Part shown: piece after piece, positions 48,117 through 57,706 of the stretch
How the letters are laid out: the number at the start of each line of letters is the position of its first letter
Numbering within the stretch: position 1 is the stretch's first letter
Virus record (IMG/VR): IMGVR_UViG_3300027732_000008
From: an uncultured virus (IMG/VR IMGVR_UViG_3300027732_000008)
Taxonomy: Duplodnaviria; Heunggongvirae; Uroviricota; Caudoviricetes
Length of the DNA stretch: 62,807 bases
Direction: 5' to 3' (one strand)
Position numbers and translations under genes: made by a program
Notes under the pieces: generated by a model
Told to the model about the DNA's origin: nothing
Databases searched by the model: none
Seen by the model: only the letters and a program-made list of their open reading frames with translations

Positions 48117-49069
48117 TGAATTCTATTAGAAACACTGAAAATTATCATTTAAGGTATTGGTATAACGACGACCAGTCTAGCAAATGGCGCACAACTGACC
48201 TAGATTCAACTGCAATGAGTGTGGGCGGCTGTACCCGTACTCCAATGGCATTGCGAGCAGAGTTAATTAGAAACGCAAGATGCTTGTATAGAGATTTTCC
48301 AGACTTGACAATTTTCATGAGTGGTGGCCTAGACAGTGAGATAGCACTTCGCAGTTTTTTAGCCGCTGGTATTCAACCAAAATTGGTAACAGTTAAATTT
48401 GTTGATGATAACAACAACTATGACATTGGTCCCATGCTTACAATGGTTGAGAGAATGGGACTGACGTGCAACATAATTAATTTTGATCCTCAAGCATTTT
48501 TTGACAGTGGCGAATGTTATGACATTGCCAATCGTTATCAAAGTTACAGTTTCTATCAACAAATTTTATTGAAAGTAGCTGAACAATTTGCCGCACCAAT
48601 GATAACCATTGACGAAGTAGAATTAGAAAAAATGCCTCAGATTAATTGGGAAACAGGCGAACATAAATTTGAATGGTGCTTCTTAAAGAAAGAAGATCAA
48701 GACGGCGTGTGGCGCAGATTTGTTGACAAAACTGGAATACCGGCATTGAATAATTTTTATACTTATAGCCCAGAATCCATGTTGGCATTTTTGCAAGAAG
48801 AAACAGTTGCAAAGTTAATCAGAGACCAAATTCCAGGCAAGCTTGGCTGGACATCTAGCAAGATGAAAATTTATTCTAGCCTTGGCTATCAATTTAGACC
48901 AAGACCAAAATGGCACGGTATGGAAAACTATTACCATTTGTGGGATGCTGTACTTTATAATATATCTTATAATGGACCACCATACGAACCTAGACATTAT
49001 AAAGTTCCTGCTCTTGAGCTAGAACAAAATTTAATAAACGGAATACAAACAATATGTCAAGTCGCCTAG
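48116..49069 (+). CDS. PP-loop (adenine nucleotide alpha-hydrolase) ATP pyrophosphatase, asparagine-synthase-like
   Basis: IFMSGGLDSE motif; no glutaminase domain. Confidence 0.7.
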   Translation: MNSIRNTENYHLRYWYNDDQSSKWRTTDLDSTAMSVGGCTRTPMALRAELIRNARCLYRDFPDLTIFMSGGLDSEIALRSFLAAGIQPKLVTVKFVDDNNNYDIGPMLTMVERMGLTCNIINFDPQAFFDSGECYDIANRYQSYSFYQQILLKVAEQFAAPMITIDEVELEKMPQINWETGEHKFEWCFLKKEDQDGVWRRFVDKTGIPALNNFYTYSPESMLAFLQEETVAKLIRDQIPGKLGWTSSKMKIYSSLGYQFRPRPKWHGMENYYHLWDAVLYNISYNGPPYEPRHYKVPALELEQNLINGIQTICQVA

Positions 49070-49692
49070 TACCATTGACCTCAGAGCATCTAGAGCAATT
49101 GGTAACATTTGCCCTAGACATCTACGAAAATACAGATCCGGACAAGTATCCGGACTTTAAAATTTCAAATGACATAAATGACGAAATCAAGTTTCGTAAA
49201 TTCTTTATGACATTTTTACGCCCCAGTAGTTTTGTGAATTCTAATATACGACAAGTATATGCGCTAGAGGATGAAAACGGACAGTGGATTGCCGCTATTG
49301 GTGTGAAGCGCCATAATGTAATGCCAAGCTGGTCTGTGAGTTGGCTACTAAGTCCACGGGTTGGAGTAAGGTTTATTCCAACATTTAGAGAAATTATGGA
49401 TCAGCTCTGCACCATACATGAAAATGCTGGCCAAAATGAATTTTTTGTTACATATCCAGCAAGTCGTTGCGAAGCTTATAGTAAGATCATGCTTCCTTTT
49501 AGAGAACGATACTATACATTTGTAGAATGTATGGTTCCTGCTAAATCAAGAAGTCAATATGCATTCATACACGAACTAATGGGCAGTACAGTACATCCGC
49601 ACGACATGCACTTGAGAAGATATATACTTCGTAGACCAAATACCGAAGCACCGAGCGAAGGCGGTAAAGCAATTAGAAGAGAAAAAGCATAA
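49054..49692 (+). CDS. Hypothetical protein, possible GNAT fold
   Basis: LVPLT.EHLEQL N-terminus and VYALEDENGQWIAAIGV beta-hairpin. Confidence 0.5.
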   Translation: MSSRLVPLTSEHLEQLVTFALDIYENTDPDKYPDFKISNDINDEIKFRKFFMTFLRPSSFVNSNIRQVYALEDENGQWIAAIGVKRHNVMPSWSVSWLLSPRVGVRFIPTFREIMDQLCTIHENAGQNEFFVTYPASRCEAYSKIMLPFRERYYTFVECMVPAKSRSQYAFIHELMGSTVHPHDMHLRRYILRRPNTEAPSEGGKAIRREKA

Positions 49693-50586
49693 ATGAGAAG
49701 AGTATTAAATTGGGTTGATAACCAGGCCTCTTTATATAACAAGACCGGCCAAATTCCTTATATTATAGCAATATGGCTTCCTTACCATCTTGCGGCAATC
49801 ATTGCAATCATATATGCTGTAACAACCGCATGGTCGTGGTGGTTGCCTGTCACAGCCATTTGCGGCTGGATACTGCTAGATGGCGTCGGCAACAACCTAA
49901 CCTTGCATCGTTTTTTAAGCCATAAAAGTTGGACACCATACAAGTGGGCTGAACCATTTTTATTATGGGCCGCCACCATGGTAGGCGAAGGCAGTCCGCT
50001 ATGGTGGGCCGCACTACATCGCGGACATCATCATCGTGTTAGTGATCAACCAGGTAAAGACATTCATACTCCAGTGGAAAACGGATGGTGGCACAGTTAT
50101 ATGGGCTGGCAATTTGGCATTACACAAAATAGTGTCAGCTTTAGACATGCAGTTGATTTGCTCAGAGATAAACGAATTACATTCATTCATGAAAATTATA
50201 ACAAAATTATCTATATCACACTATTGTTAAGTTGGTTGTTGTTTGGACTTACTTTTACCGTTTGGTTTTTTGTAATAGGTAGCTTGATGAGTTTGCATGC
50301 CGACGGCATGGTCAACACATTTGGCCATGTGCCTGCCGCAGGCTATCAGAATTTCAGTAATAAAGATGCCAGTACCAATGTATGGTGGATTGGCTACTTT
50401 CATTGGGGAAGCGGTTGGCACAACAACCATCACAAGAAAGCAAGTAGTTTTGATTTTGGTACCAGTGTCAGCGGACGCCGGCACGAGTTTGATCCTTGCA
50501 TGTTATTAGTATTGCCGTTTGCTCCACCAAGTGAAGTAAAAAGATTGTGGTCTATTAGAAAAGATGCTATAATTAATAAACCATAA
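49693..50586 (+). CDS. Membrane fatty-acyl desaturase (delta-9-like)
   Basis: Three His boxes HRFLSH, HRGHHH and WHNNHH; D.HTP, GWWHSYMGW and VNTFGH motifs; transmembrane segments. Confidence 0.9.
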   Translation: MRRVLNWVDNQASLYNKTGQIPYIIAIWLPYHLAAIIAIIYAVTTAWSWWLPVTAICGWILLDGVGNNLTLHRFLSHKSWTPYKWAEPFLLWAATMVGEGSPLWWAALHRGHHHRVSDQPGKDIHTPVENGWWHSYMGWQFGITQNSVSFRHAVDLLRDKRITFIHENYNKIIYITLLLSWLLFGLTFTVWFFVIGSLMSLHADGMVNTFGHVPAAGYQNFSNKDASTNVWWIGYFHWGSGWHNNHHKKASSFDFGTSVSGRRHEFDPCMLLVLPFAPPSEVKRLWSIRKDAIINKP

Positions 50587-50600
50587 TTAAAGGAATTACA

Positions 50601-51266
50601 ATGGATGTACGATTACTCAGCTACTCAAATCCAACTAAAGAATTTGCAGATCTTGGCATCACGGATGCACAGGAACTCATTGCGTATTGCGCCCGTGTGT
50701 CCAATCCTGCCAATCAGCTTAACACTGAGACATCAGAAAAGCTTATCAGATACCTTATCAAACACAGCCACTGGAGCCCACTTGAAATGGTCAGTGCCTG
50801 CATTGAAATTACCACAACCCGAGACATTGCAAGACAAATCTTGCGACACAGAAGTTTCTCATTCCAAGAGTTTAGTCAGCGATATGCTGACCCTACTAAA
50901 GACCTGTCGTTTGTTACAAGAGAAGCTAGACTGCAAGACCCCAAGAACAGACAGAACAGCGTCGAAGTTGATGATACATTGTTACAAAATGAATGGTATA
51001 GAGCTCAACAACGAGTTATTTACGCCGCCAAGCGAGAATACGAATGGGCCATTGCCAATGGCATTGCCAAAGAACAAGCCCGAGCAGTTTTACCTGAGGG
51101 CTTGACTGTTAGTCGTTTGTATATGAACGGAACATTGCGTTCATGGATTCACTTTATTGAACTGCGCTCTGCAAATGGCACACAGAAGGAGCATCAGGAA
51201 GTGGCACGGGCCTGTGCTGAAGTAATTGCTAAAATCTTCCCAATGGCCTCCGACTTAGTCGTCTAA
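50601..51266 (+). CDS. thyX: FAD-dependent thymidylate synthase ThyX
   Basis: Motifs CARVS, HWSPLE, RQILRHRSFSFQEFSQRY (RHRx7S), ARAVLP and QKEH. Confidence 0.97.
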   Translation: MDVRLLSYSNPTKEFADLGITDAQELIAYCARVSNPANQLNTETSEKLIRYLIKHSHWSPLEMVSACIEITTTRDIARQILRHRSFSFQEFSQRYADPTKDLSFVTREARLQDPKNRQNSVEVDDTLLQNEWYRAQQRVIYAAKREYEWAIANGIAKEQARAVLPEGLTVSRLYMNGTLRSWIHFIELRSANGTQKEHQEVARACAEVIAKIFPMASDLVV

Positions 51267-52331
51267 TTCCTTTGTGGCAGTGAATGAACCATCTTCATTC
51301 TGCCACAAAAATCCCCAAGCATTGTTATAACGAGTGATACTTGGCAAGCTTGGCCACTTGGTTTTGTATGTTTGATATTCAGCATTAGCCCAGATATCAT
51401 TGATCAAAGCCTTGGCCGGAAGCTTATAAGAATTCCACTTGCCACCCACCTTCTGTTCACTTGTGTATAGTGCCCATTGCTGATAAGATTGACTGTCAAA
51501 AAAGTTAATGATATTGCCAGCAATATATTCTGCATCGCTTGCAGTTGGTGCATGCATTGCCATGCGATACTTGACAGCTTGCCACTTCATTGTATAGTTT
51601 AACCACCACAGAAAATCATGGTTACTACGAATATCAGTTGGTGAAGCATTGACCAAGTCATATAGCATTTGTTCTCGTTGATCTCTGTATAGATTAACTT
51701 TATTCAGCAACCAATTTAAACTGCCCTTTTCACCATCCCATGGTTCGTGGATTGCATTGTAGTTTAATGTGTTATCCATGTAACTTTTTAGTGCCAGACT
51801 ACCAAACAAGTTATCGGCACATTCACCGGTGATGCAAACATTTGTTGGATTGGTGATAATTCCATAGTAATTGTTACTGGGCAGTAGCTTTGTACCAAAT
51901 TTTGGCAATATAATCTCATCAAAGAATTTTGGATTTTCAAGTTGGCTATCTTCATTGATTGCTAACCAAACTTTCTCCTTAAGAGAATTCCAGTCTGGAT
52001 GACTGATCAACAAAGATACAATTAATGTAGAGTCAATGCCACCAGAGTAAAAAACAACAATCTTCTCTGCATTACGCTCATTTGCAATTGCAATACATTC
52101 GTCAATTCTGCTGTAGCTGGCAGATGAGAACGATGGAACTACTGATGGTAAACTTGGAATAGGACTATTGTTAAAAATTTCTACGCCGGGGATTTGAATA
52201 GTATTTGTTCTGTCGCTCAGACTAATCCAAGGGTTGAACATTTTAATAAATTCTTTTGTAACTGGGTTTACATCGTGCATTGAATTGGCACGATAAATTC
52301 TGTGTGGAATATAGTATAGTAATTTTTTCAT
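51255..52331 (-). CDS. Asparagine-synthase C-terminal-like PP-loop protein
   Basis: Motifs VFYSGGIDST, ITGECADNLFGS, FF.S..YQQWA and YK.PAK; no glutaminase domain. Confidence 0.75.
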   Translation of the reverse strand: MKKLLYYIPHRIYRANSMHDVNPVTKEFIKMFNPWISLSDRTNTIQIPGVEIFNNSPIPSLPSVVPSFSSASYSRIDECIAIANERNAEKIVVFYSGGIDSTLIVSLLISHPDWNSLKEKVWLAINEDSQLENPKFFDEIILPKFGTKLLPSNNYYGIITNPTNVCITGECADNLFGSLALKSYMDNTLNYNAIHEPWDGEKGSLNWLLNKVNLYRDQREQMLYDLVNASPTDIRSNHDFLWWLNYTMKWQAVKYRMAMHAPTASDAEYIAGNIINFFDSQSYQQWALYTSEQKVGGKWNSYKLPAKALINDIWANAEYQTYKTKWPSLPSITRYNNAWGFLWQNEDGSFTATKELDD

Positions 52332-52332
52332 G

Positions 52333-52953
52333 TTACATCATCATTGATAAAAAGGAATCTTCTTCCATATTGGCTCTAACTCGTGCTAGATCAAATTTAG
52401 TTGAGGCCTGACGTATTGAAATTTGATGTCGCATGCGTAGCCGCTCAAGTTTCCGTATTAGAAATTTTCTGTTCTGATACTTGTTCACAACCAAGCCAGC
52501 GACAACAGTTGTAGCAAGACCAGATTCTTCGGCGTAGTCTTCTATCATGCCAATGTTTTCAGTTTTACCATTGACAACTTCTACAGCTTGTCGATACTTT
52601 TCTTCGTATGCATCTTGTTGCCATTCAACCACAGGGCTAAACCTTTTAAACCCATGTGCCAATCTTTGATAAAGTTCAGCAGTTAATCCTACCCTGGCTT
52701 GCAGTACAGCACTCAATGCTATCACTTCATTGTCTCTATTAAATGATTCACAGGTGGTGTTTCTAGGACCATCAAATTTTAATTTGAAATTTAAATTGCC
52801 ATTGGCAAACTGATTAACAAACTGATCATCAACTCCGTAGATTCTGCAAATTGCTCGGAATTCTCCCGAGCATCCACTTTCTAAAATTGATAAGTCATTG
52901 GACCAAGCAAGAATGTCATTCTCGGCGGTACATGCAAGTGCAACCCAACGCAT
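52333..52953 (-). CDS. Hypothetical protein, C-terminus resembles tail-fibre-assembly proteins
   Basis: AYEEKYRQA..MIEDYAEESG....VAGLVVNK..LERLR....IRQA pattern; AGGAG SD. Confidence 0.55.
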   Translation of the reverse strand: MRWVALACTAENDILAWSNDLSILESGCSGEFRAICRIYGVDDQFVNQFANGNLNFKLKFDGPRNTTCESFNRDNEVIALSAVLQARVGLTAELYQRLAHGFKRFSPVVEWQQDAYEEKYRQAVEVVNGKTENIGMIEDYAEESGLATTVVAGLVVNKYQNRKFLIRKLERLRMRHQISIRQASTKFDLARVRANMEEDSFLSMMM

Positions 52954-52999
52954 AGCTATCTCCTAATATAATTTATGTATGCCAATAATCCGCTGTGGA

Positions 53000-53530
53000 T
53001 TACCCAATGAGGATGTCTTCAGTAAAGCGAACGCTCAACATCAATCTTGGTAGGTCACATTGATTTTCAATGTGGTGTGGAATGTTTATTTTAACAATGG
53101 ACGGCCGACTGATAATTTTTTCAACTGCAACCTTAGGTTCAGTGGTCCAGTTAATTTTTAGATACTTGATAGAGTTATGTGGGCTTTCGGTGAGATAAAA
53201 CTCTCCACTGTACCATTTCATTAGCCCAGTTTCACAATTTAGTATTGGCAAGTTAAGTGCGGTATTGCTGGCATTTGCACGATCAATTTGAAATCCGTCA
53301 ATGTGCATATCTTGTACAAATCTAGGCTCATTGATAAACATGATTGCTGTTTTAACTTTGACATCAATGCCCAATACTTCCTTGATATCTTTCTTCAACA
53401 GCAATCCAATGTACAGCAATTGCTCGCCTTGAAAAGTTTGACTTAGCGTGAATTTACCGGTCCACCGTTCCAGGCAAAATTTCTGAATTTTCTCCCAACT
53501 TGGAAGATTGATCTCTTTATAATATTCCAT
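53000..53530 (-). CDS. Cupin/Fe(II)-2OG oxygenase-like protein
   Basis: MHIDG...ALNLPI...IPHHIEN...RLMLSVRF; preceded by TAAGTA-N5-ATG. Confidence 0.7.
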   Translation of the reverse strand: MEYYKEINLPSWEKIQKFCLERWTGKFTLSQTFQGEQLLYIGLLLKKDIKEVLGIDVKVKTAIMFINEPRFVQDMHIDGFQIDRANASNTALNLPILNCETGLMKWYSGEFYLTESPHNSIKYLKINWTTEPKVAVEKIISRPSIVKINIPHHIENQCDLPRLMLSVRFTEDILIG

Positions 53531-53535
53531 TAGAG

Positions 53536-53576
53536 TACTTATTGGCGCATGGCCATATCAGTTTTTCTAATAAGTA
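53536..53576. promoter_or_regulatory. Back-to-back late promoter motifs TAAGTA
   Basis: TAAGTA on - at 53536-53541 (5 nt before ATG 53530) and on + at 53571-53576 (4 nt before ATG 53581). Confidence 0.65.
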
Positions 53577-53580
53577 AAGT

Positions 53581-54033
53581 ATGGAATACATTTTTTCTTT
53601 CTTGGCTTGGACCCTATACCTGTATGTAATACATCGTACTATACATTCAATAGGATTGAAATTTGCACCACTTGCATTTACAGCACATGCAGATCACCAT
53701 CGTTACATCAATACAAACAAACAAACAACATGGCATTGGAACAATTTATTCTTGTTCAATGATACATGGATGAGCACACTGGATTTGTGGATAACTGAGG
53801 TAATACCAACCTTGATCTTTTCTTGGGTAACTGGTTACTGGTGGCTAAGTGTGTTTTATTACTTGTGGGCCGCGCTGATACAAGAAGTCATTGAGCACAA
53901 TAAAGATTTTGATTGGCACCCATTTTTAACCAGTGGAAAATGGCATCTGATTCATCATCGAGATACCAGTTCCAACTACGGATTGTTTTTACCAATTTGG
54001 GACTTGCTGTTCAAGTCGCATAAACAAGTTTAA
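53581..54033 (+). CDS. Fatty acid hydroxylase/sterol desaturase family membrane protein
   Basis: His boxes HRTIH, HADHH, EH and HLIHH; NYG...IWD.LF C-terminal motif. Confidence 0.85.
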   Translation: MEYIFSFLAWTLYLYVIHRTIHSIGLKFAPLAFTAHADHHRYINTNKQTTWHWNNLFLFNDTWMSTLDLWITEVIPTLIFSWVTGYWWLSVFYYLWAALIQEVIEHNKDFDWHPFLTSGKWHLIHHRDTSSNYGLFLPIWDLLFKSHKQV

Positions 54034-54734
54034 TTGGCAATATTTAAACTGTATTGCTTTGCATTGCCGTGCTTCTCAACCCAATCGTAGAATTTAAAGT
54101 GCGCTTTCTTTGGATTTTCTTTTTCTAATTTTATCACATCTGGCCAAATATCAAGGAATCGTTTGGCAACTTTTATTTCTAAAAATGCACGGTCTGGCAA
54201 TGATGGCTTTAGTGTAACTAGGTCATTGGTTATAAAAACTCTACTTGGTCCGTTGATAATACCAGCGTCGTCTACGGTTTGAAAGGCTGTTTCAACATTA
54301 TTTTTAAACTCCGCAGAGTCTTGATCTTCTTGAAATCTAAAAATCTGTTCTCTTTTAATCATAACACTACAAAGTACATGACGACCTTTGTATGATAACA
54401 GATCAAGCATGTATGTACCAACTTGAATTTTTGGATCTACATGCAGACGCTGTCGATTGAGCAGTAGTTCTTTTGAATTGGACAATGTAACTTGGCCAGC
54501 AATTGAATCTAGAAAATCCTGTCCAGGTCGATTCCACGAAATAGCAGATGTAATTTGTAAAGTCTTATCCCATACAGATGTTTCTAAGTCAATGACTTTA
54601 ATTAAATTACGATCTAACATTTCAGCATTAAAGCGATCATGTGTGACTACTACTACCAAATCAACATCTTTCTCTAAGAGAGCAAAAATGTAATTCATTG
54701 CGGTATCAGGAGGGTTTACTAAAAGTAGATCCAT
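54030..54734 (-). CDS. Hypothetical protein, degenerate ATP-grasp-like
   Basis: GTYMLDLLSYKGRH and VDDAGIINGPS resemble ATP-grasp C-domain motifs. Confidence 0.45.
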   Translation of the reverse strand: MDLLLVNPPDTAMNYIFALLEKDVDLVVVVTHDRFNAEMLDRNLIKVIDLETSVWDKTLQITSAISWNRPGQDFLDSIAGQVTLSNSKELLLNRQRLHVDPKIQVGTYMLDLLSYKGRHVLCSVMIKREQIFRFQEDQDSAEFKNNVETAFQTVDDAGIINGPSRVFITNDLVTLKPSLPDRAFLEIKVAKRFLDIWPDVIKLEKENPKKAHFKFYDWVEKHGNAKQYSLNIAN

Positions 54735-54736
54735 AA

Positions 54737-55036
54737 TTATCTCTCAAAATGTGTTGCTAGCAATGCACCAACAAAACGAGTTACCCTAGATTTGATTAAC
54801 TCACTGTTCATCATCACTTCAAAATCAACAATACGATCTAGGTACTGTTCAAGTTGTTTTATTGCTAAAACTTCTTTGCTGGTTTTGATATCGGTTAAAT
54901 CTTCTTTCTTAAAAACAATTTCTGTACCATCATTGAGATAAACTTTAATCCAATCTATGTATTCAACAGGAACTTCTTCAACGCGAATATCTTTAAGCAT
55001 GTTCTCAAAACTTCTGTCCTTCTTTCGAATACTCAT
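54737..55036 (-). CDS. Hypothetical protein
   Basis: 99-aa ORF with GGAG SD; TAAATA upstream at 55077-55082. Confidence 0.7.
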   Translation of the reverse strand: MSIRKKDRSFENMLKDIRVEEVPVEYIDWIKVYLNDGTEIVFKKEDLTDIKTSKEVLAIKQLEQYLDRIVDFEVMMNSELIKSRVTRFVGALLATHFER

Positions 55037-55079
55037 TATCTACTCCAAAAAGATTTAATACGATCAATCATTCGTGTAT

Positions 55080-55673
55080 TTAAACCACTTGTACTTTTGC
55101 TGGCCGCCCTCGGCTTCGCTTTACCTCTTCTACGGCCACTTGTCCTTTTGGGTCAAGTTTCTCTGCCTCCTCTAAGAGCTTGCGAGCTTCAGCTTGGAAT
55201 GTCATAGCTTGCGAACGAAACTTTGATGCAAGTGCCGCATCGTCGAGCACACCGGGTGGTGATGCAGTTGATGTGTTGGCAATGTCTGATGATCTGGTGC
55301 CTGCCGCGGCGCTATTGTTTGCAATGCCCTTTAGTTGTTTGTTTAATTCAACCAAGTTAATTTCAACGCCAGGTGAAGGAATCATCAAAATACTTTTTGT
55401 AGGAACTTTGATCATCCAGCCTTTTTGATGTACGGTATTCAACATGTTAGTACCATCATGAAATGATTGTCGAAACAAAAATTCACTTGGGTCCATTGAA
55501 CTTTGGCAAGGATTACTTTCAATTGCTTTTATTAAATCATCATGATGATTTGTTGGCAATGATTCTGTTAGGATTACCAATGCCGACTCAGGCTCGCCTG
55601 GTACCTCTCTAAAAACAACAACTACTTTTTTGCCGTTAATGTTAACACCGACGTGTTTGATAAATTGTGCCAT
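55080..55673 (-). CDS. Hypothetical protein with a C-terminal AT-hook-like RGRP motif
   Basis: MAQFIKHVG...KRSRGRPAK; AAGGA SD. Confidence 0.7.
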   Translation of the reverse strand: MAQFIKHVGVNINGKKVVVVFREVPGEPESALVILTESLPTNHHDDLIKAIESNPCQSSMDPSEFLFRQSFHDGTNMLNTVHQKGWMIKVPTKSILMIPSPGVEINLVELNKQLKGIANNSAAAGTRSSDIANTSTASPPGVLDDAALASKFRSQAMTFQAEARKLLEEAEKLDPKGQVAVEEVKRSRGRPAKVQVV

Positions 55674-55688
55674 TGGTAATGTCCTTAA

Positions 55689-55982
55689 TTATTCAGCTGA
55701 AGTAGCAGTTTCGGTAACTTCTACGCCAGTGGGTGCGCCTTCGGTTGAAGCTGGTGCTTCTTCTTTTGGTGCATTGGCTTCTAAAAACTTGGCCAATTTA
55801 TTATAGGTTGCACCAATGACTTCCATCTCTGGTGCGCGATATGCTCCACGCTGTGCGCCTAGTTCAATTGAACCAGCAAGCACTCTTAAATCTTGTAATG
55901 TTAACCCTACCACTGCGGCTGGTGCCTCAGTTGCCGGTGCTTCAGTTACTGGCGCTTCATTTACTACTGTATCTTGTTCCAT
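55689..55982 (-). CDS. Hypothetical acidic protein
   Basis: LTLQDL...RGAYRAPEMEVIGATYNKL core; AGGAG SD; TATAAGTA upstream at 56021-56028. Confidence 0.75.
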   Translation of the reverse strand: MEQDTVVNEAPVTEAPATEAPAAVVGLTLQDLRVLAGSIELGAQRGAYRAPEMEVIGATYNKLAKFLEANAPKEEAPASTEGAPTGVEVTETATSAE

Positions 55983-56053
55983 TTAAAATCTCCTAGGTTA
56001 GAACGGAATTTGTCCTTAGATACTTATAGCATTAAAGAACCGGATGTTAGACC

Positions 56054-56080
56054 AAAAAAAAACGCACCGTAGTGCGTTTT
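56054..56080 (-). terminator. Intrinsic terminator
   Basis: Minus strand AAAACGCAC-TACG-GTGCG-TTTTTTTTT downstream of the VWA gene. Confidence 0.85.
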
Positions 56081-56095
56081 AAGAAGTGTGTAAAA

Positions 56096-57316
56096 TTAAT
56101 TCCGTTTTCTTGATGGTGGAACATAGTTGGCAGTAATGCCAAACGGTGCAGTTATTTCATTGCTTCCGTGTACCACAAACAGCGTGTCGCAGTAGTCTGG
56201 ATCGCCCCAAGTACCAAACGGATAGCCGTCTGTAAAGAATACCAACTGGTGCGGCAGAACTTCGTTGTCTTTCATCCATTGCCATACACAAGCAAAGTCT
56301 GTACCGCCACCACCGGCAACTTGATACTCGCCCATATTTCGGCCATCGTCACCGGTAAATGTATCTTCGTTATAGACGTCAGTGTCAAATGTAATGACAC
56401 GAACTTTATACGAAGTAAACTGATCCAACGAGCCCTGTACCATACCTAGAAAGTCCATCAACATACCTTCATCAATGGAACCGGATGCATCTAATGCCAC
56501 TACAATGTCAAGCTCTTCACCAGGCAATTGTCCAGGAAGTACTGCACCAGTATGCCAGCCCTTGCGGTTTGGACGCATCCAAGTGTAATCGCTTTTTACT
56601 GAACCACTGAACTGAATACGCAACAGATCTTTAAGATCCATCACAGGAGCAGTGACATCTCTAACCAAACGCTGTATTGCGGCAGGGGTATTGCCAGCGC
56701 CTGCCTGCTTGGCGGCCTGTATCACAGCCTCACGCCACTCATCTCGCAGGGCCTTCTTTTCTTCTTCTGACAGCTTCTTGAACTTGGGCTTGCCTTTGCC
56801 ATCTTTGTTGCCAGACTTGCCTTCACCCTCGCCATCTTCTCCGTCTTCGCCGTCACCTTCCATGTCCAGGTGATCATCCAAGGTAACTTGAATTTTCACT
56901 GCATTTTCAAACAAGTCGTCATAGACTTCGTCAGCAGTCTTGCCTTCATACTTGCGGTCTGCCAAGATTGGTACTGTGGTAATTGGAGTGCCAACACTTT
57001 CGCGGATTAACATGTTGTTGATAACATAGTCACCTGCCATGTTCCAAATTTGTGGCTGACGATCTCCACGGCGTGTCATGTGCTCAAATATAATGTGTCC
57101 AAGTTCATGACCAAAGCCAAAAATCATTTCACCATCACTGAGCTTGTCAACGAATGCTTTATTGTAGTAAAATTTACGACCATCTGTCGCAATGGTATTG
57201 CACCATTCAACTTCTTCAAGTTTAAGGCGTGCCGCAAGTGGACCCCAGAAGGGATACTTTAACAGCATAGCAACACGGCTTTTAATTAGTTTGTCTCTGG
57301 CAATCATCTTTGACAT
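56096..57316 (-). CDS. Metallopeptidase-like (HExxH) plus VWA domain protein (DUF2201-like)
   Basis: Motifs TIATDG, HELGH, DASGSI (MIDAS), GGGGTDF and FTDGY. Confidence 0.9.
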   Translation of the reverse strand: MSKMIARDKLIKSRVAMLLKYPFWGPLAARLKLEEVEWCNTIATDGRKFYYNKAFVDKLSDGEMIFGFGHELGHIIFEHMTRRGDRQPQIWNMAGDYVINNMLIRESVGTPITTVPILADRKYEGKTADEVYDDLFENAVKIQVTLDDHLDMEGDGEDGEDGEGEGKSGNKDGKGKPKFKKLSEEEKKALRDEWREAVIQAAKQAGAGNTPAAIQRLVRDVTAPVMDLKDLLRIQFSGSVKSDYTWMRPNRKGWHTGAVLPGQLPGEELDIVVALDASGSIDEGMLMDFLGMVQGSLDQFTSYKVRVITFDTDVYNEDTFTGDDGRNMGEYQVAGGGGTDFACVWQWMKDNEVLPHQLVFFTDGYPFGTWGDPDYCDTLFVVHGSNEITAPFGITANYVPPSRKRN

Positions 57317-57349
57317 TTTGGTGGCTCCAACTTGTTTGTATATGTATGT

Positions 57350-57378
57350 ATTATACTATGTATCTCAATCGCGGTCAA
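57350..57378 (-). promoter_or_regulatory. Sigma70-type early promoter
   Basis: TTGACC-17 nt-TATAAT with an A-tract upstream. Confidence 0.8.
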
Positions 57379-57706
57379 CCGTTTTTTCTACTTTATTTTG
57401 TGGTCCTGACAAGTCCCAAATCATTGCTATTTGTGGATCTCTAAACCAGACATTTTGTTTGGGAATAAAGTCCCAATCCAACCGCTTTAATCCTTGTTCT
57501 CTGGCCCATCTGGTAACTTCATTAATTGTGGCATTGGTTGGGTAAGATCGGACGGACCAGCTCTTCCTTTGTTCGCGGAGCCACTCGCTAACATCAGATG
57601 GGGTAGGGGGCTGGTCCATCCAAACTTGTTGGGCTTCTGAGCCGTACATTATTTCAAGTACGGCCCAGTTCCTTTGTCTCTTACTCGTCGGTGAGTAAGT
57701 TGGCAT
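57365..57706 (-). CDS. Hypothetical protein
   Basis: 113-aa Trp-rich ORF between the ATPase and VWA genes; start uncertain. Confidence 0.55.
   Translation of the reverse strand: MPTYSPTSKRQRNWAVLEIMYGSEAQQVWMDQPPTPSDVSEWLREQRKSWSVRSYPTNATINEVTRWAREQGLKRLDWDFIPKQNVWFRDPQIAMIWDLSGPQNKVEKTVDRD

Noticed and set aside
50605..51105. 166-aa alternative-frame ORF overlapping thyX
   Set aside because: Entirely nested in thyX, with no suitably placed SD or recognisable motif; likely a by-product of thyX codon usage.
48116..52331. Canonical lasso peptide gene cluster
   Set aside because: No short precursor with a leader motif, no transglutaminase-like B protein and no RRE seen nearby.
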